Counted from the stretch's first letter, positions 13,901 through 27,790 are shown. The stretch: DNA of 64,000 nt from Octopus bimaculoides (GCF_001194135.2 NC_069001.1:29564704-29628703); one strand, 5' to 3'. Notes: generated by a model from the letters alone, not told the origin. Numbers and translations are program-made.

Positions 13901-14624
13901 ATGATAATTGCTTTTGTTAAATTTATATTTACTCTGTAGCTATTTGTATGTGTGGAATTTATCTATCACGAAGACAGAAAATGTTGTTTTCCGATAATAT
14001 CTCTGTTTGAAAAATTACAGAAGAATCAATTGTAATTTGGAAGTAATATTTGTTATTTCATATAAGTTACTCTGCAAAGAATATATGTCCACATATATCT
14101 TTTGTGAATATTGTTAAAGTTTGTACTGTAAGTAATAAATTGTAAATTATTTTGATATTTTCCTTCAAATTAATGTAAAACAACATGAAATCTACCCGAA
14201 AGTAATAGGGCCTCTTTAAAGAGATATGGATATATTTTCAAGATATTTAGAAATATTTTCTGATTTTAGTTGTCATGATTCGTGAAAATAAATTATGATT
14301 CTTATAGACACGAAAGATCGACGAATGTGTGCTTCAGTAAATTTAACCTGGATACTGGAGTGCAACTTAAACGTAACATGCAGTATAATGAGTACGATTT
14401 TGCATTAACTAGAAATGAGAGATATATATATATTTACGATCCAGATTAAGGGTGTAATTGAAAATATAAAAGAGTAAATTGAATTCGACTCATCAATGGA
14501 TGGTTGTTACATATGAGAAACGCTATTACACTTCATTTTTGCGAAGAATAATTTAACGAGTTGTACACCAAACGGGACCCAAAATTCGAATGGGGGGATA
14601 TTATGATCTCTCTNNNNNNNNNNA

Positions 14625-14730
14625 AATTCTTTGTCTGTCTGTTCGCTGTGCAACCTTTCTTAAACGGCTCGACCGAATCATCTCAAATTTATCAAGGAAA
14701 TAGTATTACTCCCCGCAAGTGTCATGTAAG
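14625..14730 (+). mobile_element. Possible Helentron/DINE-1-like non-autonomous element fragment
   Basis: tgtctgtctgttcgc...aaacggctcgaccgaatcatctcaaattt resembles the (TCTG)n...cggct.gaccga....aaattt core recalled for DINE-1/HINE elements; adjacent to a gap. Confidence 0.4.
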
Positions 14731-15259
14731 TTGACTTTTTTCATTTTGATTGAAACAATAAAACATTTTAAAGAAATTATCTTTCTATAGTCAACTATAG
14801 TACAAGACATTTTATCATTTTTTACCACGATGACGAAGACCACGTCACATTTTGTATATATGTATTTATGTTTCTTTGAGTATATGCATGCGAGTGTATG
14901 TGTGTATATGTGTCTGTCAGTGTGTGTGCGTGTGTGTGTGCTTCCGCGTTAGATACGTTACTAAACATACACACTCACATTTACACAAAAATATACATAT
15001 GCGACGACGGACGTGGGTGAATGTATGTCTCCTGTCTGTGTTTGTGCGACTGTATGTAAAAATAGACATCTACCATCCAGTTACCAACTAATAATTATTG
15101 CAGCATTTGCAAGGCTGCAAGGTATTTACAATTACGTATTTACTCTTACAATAACATTTCATGCATTTGCTTAATGTGTGTGTGTGTGTATGTGTGTGTG
15201 TGGGGGGGGGTTAGATTTTTCCAGTTTCCTTATATGAAATCCACCCACACGTCTCTTTG

Positions 15260-15385
15260 AGAGATGATGATATGAGGGCTCTACAACCAGACACTTCCCC
15301 CAAATGCCTGCGAGTGGGACTGAAGTCGAAACTGGATTCTTCAAAAGCAACTTTCTTAACCAAACAGCCATCATTGAATACACGA
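15260..15385 (-). mobile_element. SINE family B head, degenerate
   Basis: Reverse complement ggctgtttggttaagaaagttgct...ttcagtcccact...ggggaagtgtct. Confidence 0.65.
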
Positions 15386-15799
15386 TATGCTATTTTCTCA
15401 CATACTGATATTGCTATTGTACGATGTCCCTAGTGCATAAATAGTTTTAAATTACGTAGTTTGTAACTAAACGTTCTGGAAAAGAAACAAAAGTATATAT
15501 ATATAATATCCGTGGAATCAATTATACTATATTGTGATTTCACCACACATGCATGATAGGATTCTTAAATCTTGTATTATTCACGGTGTGGTTATGTATA
15601 AAAAGTTTTCTCCGCTTATAAGATGGATTCGATTTGCTTTTACGATCACTATGTCTAGACAGGAGTTTCCTTCAAACTTCTTTTTACAGAAATGTCAGGA
15701 GACGGGTGAATACATTTCATGTCGCATGAAATATTTTCAATTCCATTTTAGATTTCATTCACAGACTTGAGCAGTCAGCCGGAAATTGATTCCAGGTTG

Positions 15800-15802
<3 letters not shown>

Positions 15803-15838
<36 letters not shown>

Positions 15839-15991
15839 GTGTGTGTGTTTATGTATATACATACTCACACACATATATATATATATATATACACACATAT
15901 AAATTAAACACATACATGAACGCATATATGTATATGCATACATGTGTACATACATTTGAATATGCGTATATACATTTATATATACATGTGA

Positions 15992-16022
<31 letters not shown>

Positions 16023-16145
16023 CAGATGTGTATACATATATATATATATACATATATATAAACACCTACATGAACGTATATATATATGTATATGTGTACA
16101 TATATTTGAATATAAGTATATATATTTATATATGCATTTGAATAT

Positions 16146-16185
<40 letters not shown>

Positions 16186-16234
16186 NNNNNNNNNNNNNNN
16201 NNNNNNNNNNNNNNNNNNNNNNNNNNNNNNNNNN

Positions 16235-16288
<54 letters not shown>

Positions 16289-16345
16289 TATGTATACACA
16301 CACATATATGTATACATATATGTATACATGTATGTACATCTGTAT
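15803..16345. repeat. Degenerate (TA)n/(CA)n tract with an internal duplication and a gap
   Basis: aaacac(a/c)tacatgaacg block recurs at about 15907 and 16061. Confidence 0.85.
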
Positions 16346-16739
16346 GTAAGCATTTTCGTATCTATATAATGCTAAATAAATCGCAACACTGCCTTTAAAG
16401 TGTCTTGCACAAATACTTTAGAAAGAGAAAGACGACATCCGTTTGTAAATGTGTTTTGGTTCATATTGTATTGGTAGACTTTACTTTGTAATATCAATAG
16501 AAATGTAAAATTAATTGCACCCTGTAATAAATCACCATTCCTTTTGAACGAATGTTTTGTTACTGTGATTAGCTTCGTATGTATATATATATATATATAT
16601 ATATGTGCATATGCATATATAAATACACAACGGGAGAAGGTGTTTGTAAGAGAAATTGTTTGGCACATATATGTGTGTACGGTTTGTACCTACATGTGTG
16701 TACGTTGTACATACATGAATACAGAGATAGATAGCTAAA

Positions 16740-16820
<81 letters not shown>

Positions 16821-16830
16821 NNNNNNNNNN

Positions 16831-16872
<42 letters not shown>

Positions 16873-17220
16873 AGGGAGAGAGAAGACAACAGTAAGTTTG
16901 GGTGAAACACCGAATTGCTTACGTACATGAAATGATAAAAATACTTCGACTTTTCCTGCAATTTTGCGAGAGGTATGTCTCTACATTGCGTCATCTTGGG
17001 TTTTTTAAAACATAAAATAGTCTGACCTATAATGAATAATGTTTGTGACAAATATGCTATCTAATTTCTTAAAATTCTAATGAATATATATATTGGGTCA
17101 AAATTAAGATAAACAAATTTCTATACTATTTCGTTCTGACTATTTATATTTTATATGGTACATATACAGTACAAGTATTCTATCATGCGCTTGTCTTCCC
17201 TTGGGAAGGAGCATTTGGAT

Positions 17221-17294
17221 ATATCTGGAAAGAATCTCTGTGAATATATCTGGAAAGAATCTCTGTGAATATATCTAGAAAGAATCTCTGTGAA
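17221..17294. repeat. 25-bp tandem repeat, 3 copies
   Basis: atatct(g/a)gaaagaatctctgtgaa(t) three times. Confidence 0.95.
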
Positions 17295-17662
17295 ACACGT
17301 AACTATCATTATGGCGTTTACGGCTCTTGAAATATTAGCTACAACATATACGACGAGACCTAATGATCAAGAGTTGCACAATTATTTTAGAACCATTCGT
17401 ATTTGGAGATAACTCGAAGGACATCGTTTCTTGGTATGCGAAGAACTGTCGTAACTTTCACATCCAATCTCACACAACGGTAAATACATGAGGCAAATCC
17501 TGGACATTTACGATTCGCTTTGAACTGATTTAATAGCAGCAAGAAGAACAAGCGAAAGAAATTTAATAAAAGAGGAAAAGAAAATAGATTTAACTGGAAA
17601 GACGAAGAAAGAAGAGGAGGAGAAAATAACGTAGTAGAGGGAACGGAAGTTGGATAATTTGT

Positions 17663-17684
17663 AATAGTAGTAGTAGTAGTAGTA

Positions 17685-17720
<36 letters not shown>

Positions 17721-17885
17721 GAGACGATAATGGAAATGTTACTGCTGTTGATGATGATGATGGTGGTGAAGACTACCACGGCAATGACAAGAAAGACGAC
17801 GACGAAAATGATGTTGTTTACGACGATGACGACAACGAGGAAAATTGTCATGGTGATGATAATGATGATTGTAAGAACGATGAAT
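17663..17885. repeat. Compound trinucleotide microsatellite (TAG/GAT/GAC)
   Basis: Direct reading. Confidence 0.9.
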
Positions 17886-18973
17886 ATTACGGAATAAATA
17901 GAGTAGATGAATCTCCATAAATTAACATAGGTTCAGTTATTTTTCACTCTCTTAGATATATCATGCACACTATTGACTATTGTGATCTGTCACTCATTTC
18001 TTTCGTTGCCATACTTCTTCTAATTGGTCAGTCGATTACGAATGTGAAAATCATATTGCCATATTCATTTCATGCGCTGTCAGGTTACAAAACAGAACAA
18101 CAACGGACGTTTACTGGGTGCAACTTATCACAAATCAGGAATTGTTTTATCTTTTTGCAAATATACACATACAGAAGGAAAGATAGACAAGCAATGAAAC
18201 AGAATTACTCAAAGATCAACAGAGAGAAGCAGTTCTAGAATTACACGCACACACACACATATGCATGCGCGTGCTCACACACACGCACACACATATTGTA
18301 TTTGAAGATGGTCATATTTTGGAGGCAAACAGAATACGACGATCCCTATGTACAATAATATCTGTTTCAGCAGACGAATTCACATAAGGATGCTTGCAAC
18401 GTGAAGTAGGCAAAAGATGGTAACAGCTATTCAGTACCTTTATTGGAAGGTGCTGAAAAAAATAAATGGCAACATCGATGTCAGGTGTAACTCTTTACAC
18501 CTGACAAATATACGCTGTATTACCTCGAGAGCAATATAATTCTGTACTTAAAACACCCCATCAGTCCATGTCGTGTAATATATGCATATACGTACAAACA
18601 TACACACACATATATACACACACACATGCACGCATCAAAAGTGTGTTATACTATTCCACAGCTATACGATCAATCCAATAATACTAATCCACATAAAGAA
18701 CAGCCATACCAACTACGCAACATATCTCCATCATCAGCTGCCCCGCGGATATCATTATGGTTTTGACACCTTGGCAGTATCATTCAATACGGCGGTTTCA
18801 ACAGCACTAAAATAAGTGTAATCTGGGAACAAACAAACGAATCTAAGCAACCACAGCTTTCAAACACATTTACCCATTGTACAACCTAATCGATGAATAT
18901 ATTCCGTAAGTAAATTACAACCCCTCCGAAATACGTAACTAAACAGAGACAACTCTATTAAGTCATAAAACAG

Positions 18974-19045
18974 CGGGCATATGGCGTTGTGATTAACAGT
19001 GCGTGCTACTAACCCCAAGATTCCGAGTTCGATTCAAGGCAATGA

Positions 19046-19081
<36 letters not shown>

Positions 19082-19265
19082 CATCGAAAAGTATCTCCGG
19101 AATGAGAACCCAGGTATGAAATTTCCCCAAGGCATCTGATGAAAGTTGGAGGGTATATCAACCGAAACGTTGTATTAACAATAAACAAGATGCGGACAAA
19201 TATTCATCTAATGTAAATTATGGAAATAATGTACATAATTTTCCATCTCTTAAATATAGAACTGT
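18974..19265 (+). mobile_element. tRNA-headed SINE family C with internal (AAT)n and a hammerhead-like motif
   Basis: A-box-like tggcgttgtga, B box gagttcgattc, (AAT)n, then ctgatga...gaaacgtt; collinear with 42051-42356. Confidence 0.85.
19131..19176 (+). ncRNA. Minimal hammerhead-ribozyme-like motif, degenerate stems
   Basis: ggcat CTGATGA a agttg gagggtatat caacc GAA ACGT T gtatt. Confidence 0.5.
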
Positions 19266-20489
19266 AATATTAACAATTGTTAAAATATTGTCTATAGTAG
19301 AAGTATTATCAATCAATTCCGCATAGTTTTTAAGAACCAAATGATTTATGGATCTCCAGGTGTCGTAGGGGACCCATTTGAGAACTGTTGTTCCAAGATG
19401 TCGAGAGTAGGTGTATGGGGGTGACTGTGTTCACAGCTATAGTGTAAGTGAAATTTTGTTATTAGCCACAAAGTCATAATTACTAGCGAGTAAACCACAG
19501 GCTTTAACGTTTTATAACATATCAGTCATTCTCTGTAGTATAGTGTAGTGAACTAATGAAAGAAATATAAGCGTTTGTAATAAAACGATTTCAAAATTTA
19601 TGAGCTGTTAACCTTAAAGTATGTGAACGTTCGTATCGTAAATATAGCATGTTGAATCTCACGAGGGTGATAGAAATCACTAACTTCATGCGAGATTGTT
19701 TTACGAAACGTCATTTCCTAACGCCTCAGATTTTATTCGGCTCATTCGTTTTTCATTGTATTTCATCAGTTCTTCTAGCAATAAGCAGTTATATGTACTG
19801 CAGTAGGTACGACTACAGTGAAGCTTTGAAATTTACGACGCATGCTATAACTATGGCTAAGAAATTCTATTAATTAAAAAACATAGCCACTCTTCAGCTG
19901 CTCTCGTATATTTTAGAATGGCATAATCATATATCATTAAATGTATTAGAGTGCTAACGTAGTAGTAAGTCTAGCACTTCTCTTCAACTAATTTGATTTT
20001 AATGTATTTTGTTTCCCTCTCTGCACTAGTAATTTATTGGTATATGAATTTAACTTCAAACAATGAGATGGAATTTATTTTTACAATCTGCCCGTAAAAA
20101 GTTATTTTCATCTCTTTAAACAGAAATGTTACTTAATTGCGGCTTTATTTTGCAAGTAGTCATTAGGTTTCATAGAATGCAATTATTACTATAAGTACGA
20201 TCACTTGACACGTTTAATTGTATCTTTTCTCTTTATATTGATTTTCATTATTATTTTATTTCTTTATTCTAATTTTGCAAGCTTTTGAAAAATATATCGG
20301 TATAAATTTCAAAAGAGATAACATTTTTTAGTAAAATATCTGTTCCAAAAATATACTAATCACTTTTGCAACATATATATGTATATTAGCACGTAATATT
20401 TTGGGTTGAAATTTGGACGTAAAGTTAGCAATTTTCGGAAAGCGATAAGACGATTACATATACTTCGTTGTCTAACTGATATTCGTTTT

Positions 20490-20597
20490 ATGGATCCAAT
20501 AGGATTTACGGTAACTTCGACAGCATTTGAACTGAGAACGACTAAATGCCGTAAAACATTTTGTCTGGCATGCTAATAATTCCGCCAGCTCGCCACC
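20490..20597 (-). mobile_element. SINE family A head
   Basis: atttgaactgagaacg...catgctaataattccgccagctcgccacct. Confidence 0.8.
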
Positions 20598-20694
20598 TCG
20601 TTTGCCCATAATATATTACGAATTTATTGTCGATTCATTTCTTTTTGTAGTACGGATTCCTAATTCCAAATATTTCTCAATTTTGTTTTGTTTT

Positions 20695-20780
20695 TTTCTA
20701 CTCTAGGCACAAAGCCCGAATTTTTTAGGGAGGGGACCCGTCGATTAGATTGACCCCAGTACGTAATTGGTACTTAATTG
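20695..20780 (-). mobile_element. SINE family A 3' part, tail type 1
   Basis: ctactctaggcacaaagcccgaa...gtcgattagattgaccccagtacgtaattggtacttaatt. Confidence 0.8.
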
Positions 20781-21306
20781 TGTAGGAGATGATGAACATA
20801 ACCCATTGTCTTGGAAATAGTTTGTGAAGTATTTTTGAAAACGTGTGTAAAATGAGAAGCGACCCCATATTTTAATGTGTTTTCTTTGTGTTTTTCATTT
20901 GTCGTGTTAATTATATCAATATTGTTGCACTATGATAGTTCTCGACAGCCATCCGGGAAATATCCTGATCAAAGAGCAGTAGATATCTATCAAAGTACCC
21001 GAGAATTACTCTTTAATTACAAATGAATAATACGCAGCAAGCATATATTAAATTTTAGTGTTTTGTTTAGATCTCATAAAGTAGAAAGGTTGTGCATAGT
21101 AGCTGTCAAAAAACACAGACATCTCATCAAAACGGAGCGCATTATATATAACAAATGCATGGCTCGCATTCAATTTTAACGCCCTGTATACTTCTATGAG
21201 AATTAATGTACTGAGAAGTGATCTGTACAGGCAAGGGATAAAACCAGTGAAGAGAATGTCTTGGCAGCATTTGTTTATGCAATTAACTTAAAATCGAAAA
21301 AAAATA

Positions 21307-21342
<36 letters not shown>

Positions 21343-21364
21343 TCACATGCACACACACAAACAT

Positions 21365-21397
<33 letters not shown>

Positions 21398-22094
21398 GAA
21401 ATGTATTCATATGATATGTAAGTATAGGTGTGTGTTTAATGTATTTTCTTCTATTGTGAAACGGCAACTCAACATCCATCCCTCTCGATGTCCGATTTTG
21501 AAATTATTATTGCGTTCTGAATCTATAAACGTTTTAACGGACTTCAGAGGAATTTTCAAAAAATGTAATTTGTATTCAACATATGTTACATTGCATAAGT
21601 ATAATGGAGATTTGCAAGGAAGGATGCTTCGAATGGAGTTACTTCTACCTAGCGTAAAACATTCCATTCAGTATTATTTCCGACACGATATCTAATATAT
21701 GATCACAATTTAGGGTGTTTAACGCCTTCTTAATGCACGATATCGAAGACAATTCTAGTGAAGCTTATAGCTTAGGAAAATGGGGATGATTACTTTTCTG
21801 GTAACCTGGTAATATGTAGAAAGGACATGAAAGCAACACGAAAATAGAAATGAAATACCAATTATTGTGTGTATGATATTTGTAAGAGAAAGCTAAAATT
21901 CTTTATAGCTGTTTGTATTACATTTTTAGAACTAGTTGTTTTGGATGATGAGAATCAGATATGTTCTCCATATATTTACATGAAAGATAACAGTATATAA
22001 GTTCTTTTCTTTCACTGTTTTAAAATCAAACGGTTACGGAAAGAACAGAGCGAGCTTAGAAATACAAATTTAAATAAAGTAAAATGATACGTGG

Positions 22095-22127
<33 letters not shown>

Positions 22128-22574
22128 CTTCAATAGAAATTTCAACAGAAATCATCGATCACCTATGTAAATGAGGCTTGTCTCCCGAATACACCTGGTA
22201 TAATCATATATTCCATTTAAATAAATCCTGAATATGAAAACGCAATTTATGCATTCAATCATTGGCCGCCAATTCCACCGTGTGTCATTTGAAATGTTAG
22301 TTCATTCTGAAGGACAGAAATATGCTAGTACCAAGATAACATTCTATTGAGAAACAAACCATGACCGGCTTTAGAAATTATGTCTTCTAACAAGCAAGAG
22401 TGTAGGTATATGTTATAATGAAAGATGTCAGCGACATGGTAAATAAGTGCAGAAATATTTTATGAATATTTTTTCAAATTATTTATTTCATGGTTAGATA
22501 ATTCAATAAACATCCTAAACGGATTCTTGTAAGATGCAATAATTTCCTGTATGTGTTTTCAAATATATTCACAG

Positions 22575-22665
22575 TCGTGGCACCTCGGGTGACTGTCTTA
22601 CTGTCAAGCTGATCGAAGCCGTCGATTGAATTCAATAGACGGAAACTGAAAACCGACTATCGTGT
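22575..22665 (+). mobile_element. SINE family B fragment, degenerate
   Basis: gtggcacctcggg...agacggaaactgaaa. Confidence 0.55.
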
Positions 22666-22819
22666 TTGTGTGTATATATATATTTATATGTATGCATGAG
22701 TGTATTTGCGTGTGAACGTTTATATATATATATATATNNNNNNNNNNNNNNNNNNNNNNNNNNNNNNNNNNNNNNNNNNNNNNNNNNNNNNNNNNNNNNN
22801 NNTGTGTACACACACACAT

Positions 22820-22854
<35 letters not shown>

Positions 22855-23591
22855 AACATATGTAAAGGAGGCCACTAGGTGGACTGTTAATGTGCTAGAA
22901 GAAGATCGCACGACATGTGTCTACTAAGAACGGGTAATTCTCAAAGGGAATTTAGCGAAGTCACAAAAACGTAAAACTGGCAACACATATGCATTCGTGT
23001 GTGTATGCGTGTGTGTGTGTGTGTGTATGTGTGTGAGTGTGTGTGCGTGCGTCCTTGCCGCAAAACACCGCTTGACAATAGATGTTTGATTATGTGCCCC
23101 CCTTTCCCTTAGCAGTTCGACAAAGATACGACAGAATACTGTAAGAATTATATAAATATAAATAAGAGATTGAGAAGAATATTTCAACAACATTTTAACA
23201 AATATTAATGGAATAAATGATGCAAATTGTACCAAAGTATATATAAATTATTAGTGACGTACACAAACGCAGAATCACTATAGAAAGTGAATCTTCCCTC
23301 TGTCCTTCAAAATATGTCGCATTTAATTATCTTCGACGAAAGTATTGCAAGAAAAGCGAATGAAAACTTTTAAAGACACTCGTTAAATTTATCCAACATT
23401 ATCTAGATTGAAATTAAACTTAAGTCTTATTGACTTTGGAATTTATTTTTGCTTTACTTTTTTATTTGTTATATTTAATCAGGCAATACACATGGTAAGA
23501 TTTTATATTAGTAACAGCGTGTCGAAAATTAAAATTGTTACTGTTTTGAAGGAAATGAAACAAACACACAGACATACACAGAGAGAGAGAG

Positions 23592-23626
<35 letters not shown>

Positions 23627-23653
23627 CGTACACGTACATACATACATACATAC

Positions 23654-23694
<41 letters not shown>

Positions 23695-23796
23695 TGTAGG
23701 TACATATAGACACAAACACGCACATATAAATATATAAATGTCATATTTATATATATTTATACACGTGTATACATATATGCATATACGTATATGTAC

Positions 23797-23839
<43 letters not shown>

Positions 23840-24222
23840 GTGTGTGTGTGTGTGTGTTTATGTATACACATCTAGATACATAGATACCAAGAGTGAATTT
23901 CACAGACAGATACATATGTATGTGTATATACGTACATAGCTACACACATACACACACATGCACAAACACACACGCATATATATTTATATATTAATGGGAG
24001 AAGCAATATTAACCAAAACTAAGATGAGTTAGATGAATTACATGTAAAGAAAATGAAAACCTAAAACTAATCATTTTAGGCATTCAGCCAAAAAATGGGA
24101 AAAAAAATTACCGACCAATCATTTTGAGAAAACTTTGATTAAACTAGCAAATTTAAATTATCATGCATAACCGGAGCCCTGCACAAACACAACAATAATA
24201 ATAATAATAATAATAATAATAA

Positions 24223-24720
24223 GTGATCCCACTATCAAACGAACTGAGTAACATCATGTATGGGTTCAAATTGAATAGTATAGTAGTAAACCTTCTGTTT
24301 TATATGGACGATTTGAAGCTGTAACAGCAGGGCTGTCAAAAACTGTTAAAGAGTTCAGCAATGACATCGGGATGGATTTTGGATGGAGACGGCATACAAC
24401 ATGCTTCTATGAATGAAAAAAATATGGAAGTAGTATTACAGAACTCAACTCTGAAAATTACATGGACACCATTAACATCCTGGCACTTGAAGTAGTCCAA
24501 TACAGTTTTTAAATTATTAGGTGGAATCTAACAGAACTCGAACACCATGATAGGAAGACAAGAAAACTACTAACATCTAACAACATCCGCCACCGAAAAG
24601 CAGGCGTTGATTGTCTGTACCTATCTAGAAGTAATGGGGGGAAGAGGAATGATGGGGATAGAACTGCGCTATAGGACCTCCATAATAGTAATGAACAAAT
24701 GCTTGTCGTACAAACACTGG
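24223..24720 (+). mobile_element. R4/Dong-like (RLE class) non-LTR retrotransposon RT remnant
   Basis: VIPLSNEL...LLFYMDDLKL*, KTVKEFSNDIGMDFG, then INILA...YSF*IIRWNLTELEHHDRKTRKLLT...LYLSRSNGG; YMDD at 24301-24312; internal deletion and stops. Confidence 0.85.
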
Positions 24721-24757
24721 ATCTATAAAAAAATCAATAAAAAAATCACCGAAAGAA

Positions 24758-24868
24758 TGTAAAGCAAATTCGACCTCAGTGGAGGTTGAATTCAGAACGT
24801 ATCGAACGGCGAAGTACTGCTATGAATTTTGCCTGGCATGCTAACGATTCTGCCAGCTCACCGCCTTG
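24758..24868 (-). mobile_element. SINE family A head
   Basis: gcaaattcgacctc...gaattcagaacg...catgctaacgattctgccagctcaccgcctt. Confidence 0.85.
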
Positions 24869-25334
24869 AAAACGGTTTCAAATTTCGGCACAATTCCAGC
24901 TATTTCGGCATTGCTTTGGTTCCACTTTACACCTCGATTTGACTTGGTGTCTCGTATCGAGTTCATTCTTCAGTATTTCACACAGATTTTCCTCTTCCTT
25001 TATTTCGTTCTTTGATATCCCTAACATCTAGTCTCATACACCTAAAAGTACTGTTCAAGACTGTGACACTTTTCTGAAGCATTTATGACTATGTATCCTC
25101 TTGTTTTGTACAAATAGCGAACTATTGAAATGCTTGAGGGAGGTAAACCTGCATCGTTGCGTTGCATCTTTTGCATTGCATTCATCCATTATTTCATGGA
25201 TGTCAGTGTACGCTCCGCTAACGGAAATGTGCCTCACAAGAGATTAAATCAATAGCAATTTACTGTAGGCAGAAATTGCAAAAGCCTATTTAAATGTATT
25301 AGAAGTAATGTTCCTGATGGTGATTATGTACATA

Positions 25335-25360
25335 TATAGACATACACATGTATATATATA

Positions 25361-25418
<58 letters not shown>

Positions 25419-25429
25419 GTATATATATA

Positions 25430-25475
<46 letters not shown>

Positions 25476-25541
25476 ACATACACATGTATATATATAATAT
25501 ATATACATATACATATATATACATACACATGTATATATATA

Positions 25542-25589
<48 letters not shown>

Positions 25590-25625
25590 AATATATATAC
25601 ATATACATATATATAATATATATAC

Positions 25626-25657
<32 letters not shown>

Positions 25658-25780
25658 ATANNNNNNNNNNNNNNNNNNNNNNNNNNNNNNNNNNNNNNNN
25701 NNNNNNNNNNNNNNNNNNNNNNNNNNNNNNNNNNNNNNNNNNNNNNNNNNNNNNNNNNNNATATATATATATAGCGCATC
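25335..25780. repeat. Degenerate (TA)n with higher-order periodicity and a gap
   Basis: catac(a/at)catgtatatatataatatata block recurs several times. Confidence 0.85.
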
Positions 25781-26009
25781 ACCTGTTGACAGGCTTTCTA
25801 CCAGTGGACCAATGCAGCCATTCGAGTATATTTTCATGGTGATCTAGAGTAACAAAACAGAAAACATATGTATATATAATATGGGCCGAACCACTGGGAA
25901 ACTGAATACCATATCAGTGTTTACATGGCTCCGTACACACTGAATTTAGTCACATTGTCCACCCATCTATTTCAGCCAAACTTCAAGTATAGATAATTTT
26001 AGTCTAGTA

Positions 26010-26420
26010 TATATATATTTATATATTTGTAAACAAACCCGAAGGTTGGAAATTACATAGAAAAGAGACACACATGTGTCCTTTTTAATAATGACTGAAT
26101 ATATATGAGCTGTATAATAATATAGGCTCCATGTAAAATGACTAAACCTAAACAATTAACTGAAAAAAAAGATGGGCCGAACCACTGGGAATTGAACATG
26201 ATATTAATGCTTATATGTCTCCTTACGCACCGACTTCAATCACATAGCACAGTCGATTGTTTAGGTTTAGTCGTTTTAAATGCAGAATATATTATTTTAT
26301 AAATAATATAGTTTTTATTTACACGATAATTATGAGTAAAAAAGGACTTATGTGTATCACCCTACTCCGTATTCTACAGCCTTTGGGTTTGTTTACAAAT
26401 TTATGAATATTTAATATATA
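26010..26420. mobile_element. Old foldback/MITE-like element
   Basis: tttgtaaacaaaccc (26026-26040) pairs with gggtttgtttacaaa (26385-26399); aaaatgactaaacctaaacaattaactg (26135-26162) pairs with cagtcgattgtttaggtttagtcgtttt (26250-26277). Confidence 0.7.
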
Positions 26421-26555
26421 ATTATGAATACATATATATAGTATGTTTTCCCGTTGCCCTTATTGATACCTGTTTATATTTTTACTTTGAAAGGTATTTC
26501 AATATGCTGGCCTCTGATAAAATTTTATTTGAAAAACGTTATCGTTTTATTAGAA

Positions 26556-26597
<42 letters not shown>

Positions 26598-26748
26598 NNN
26601 NNNNNNNNNNNNNNNNNNNNNNNNNNNNNNNNNNNNNNNNNNNNNNNNNNNNNNNNNNNNNNNNNNNNNNNNNNNNNNNNNNNNNNNNNNNNNNNNNNNN
26701 NNNNNNNNNNNNNNNNNNNNNNNNNNNNNNNNNNNNNNNNNNNNNNNN

Positions 26749-26796
<48 letters not shown>

Positions 26797-27119
26797 ATGT
26801 ATGTATGTATTATCTTGCTTGTTTCAGTCTTAGTATGCATCTTACTACACATCTAGCTACTCCCGCATTATTTAATTTCATTTTAGATCACATCTGGTAA
26901 TGTACTAAATAGTAATTTAAAACGAGTCACGCCGAAAAAAAGATGTGGAACATTGATGATGACTTTACGTTGAGTAATAACAACAAAAAGGAACGTAAAT
27001 TGAGGTGAATTAAATGAAAAGTTTTAATAGAGAACAACTTTAATTACAGTATTAACTTACGTAATATCTCCAATGGACATATTAATAATGTTAGTGATGA
27101 AACAGAAAGAAGGAAGGGA

Positions 27120-27282
27120 GATGATGATGATGGTGGTGGTGGTAGGTTGGTGGATAGTTGTTATGACGATGACGACGACGATGATGAGGATGATGGTGGC
27201 GACGTGGTGCCGGTCACGCCGCCGCCGCTGATGACAACGATGATGAGGATAACGACGACGATGACGATGATAGTAACGATGA
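27120..27282. repeat. Compound trinucleotide tract (GAT/GGT/GAC)
   Basis: Direct reading. Confidence 0.85.
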
Positions 27283-27611
27283 GAAATTTATTGGAATCAA
27301 ACATGTACGAAGGTAAGCTACCACTACACACATTTTGCAATTAAGCTTCATATTGATTTCTATTAAATCCAGTGACGCATCAAGGAAAGTCAATGTTCAT
27401 TGGTTAACTGAATATCTTGCAGCGTGACAGGATTATAAGTTAAACGAAAATAATAGCAATAATAATTGCATGTGAACCAATGACAAGGATTGAAAAATGC
27501 AGGTATCATATCAATAGACCAAATAATTGGAAACTGTTGTACGATAAAACCAGAAATTGGAATATAATACTTTTGTGGAGTAATAACTGTGCTTCAGTTT
27601 CTATCTTAATG

Positions 27612-27790
27612 AAAGCGGCAAGATGGCAGACTCGTCTTTGCGTTCTGAGTAAGTACTAATTTTGTTGCGGTCGATGTTGTTTTTTATCCTCTTGGTGTTG
27701 CTAAAATAGCATCAGTTGGACACTGGGGTCGATGAAATCAACCTGTTCCCTGCATCGAAATTGCTGCGCTTGTGTTAAAATTTGAAATCG
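27612..27790 (+). mobile_element. SINE family A, degenerate
   Basis: gcggcaagatggcagactcg...cactggggtcgatgaaatcaac...cgaaattgctg...aaaatttgaaatc. Confidence 0.6.

Noticed and set aside
16923-16994. Minus-strand ATG exon MTQCRDIPLAKLQEKSKYFYHFMY with a GTAAG donor
   Set aside because: No promoter signal, homology or partner exon; such short matches are expected by chance
17221-17294. Three 25-bp direct repeats, CRISPR-like at a glance
   Set aside because: No spacers; plain tandem repeat in a eukaryotic context
18680-18810. Minus-strand exon candidate with good splice sites
   Set aside because: Stops in all three frames
20955-21000. cctgatcaaagagcagtagat as another hammerhead-like motif
   Set aside because: No CUGANGA-stem II-GAAA arrangement and no stem I partner
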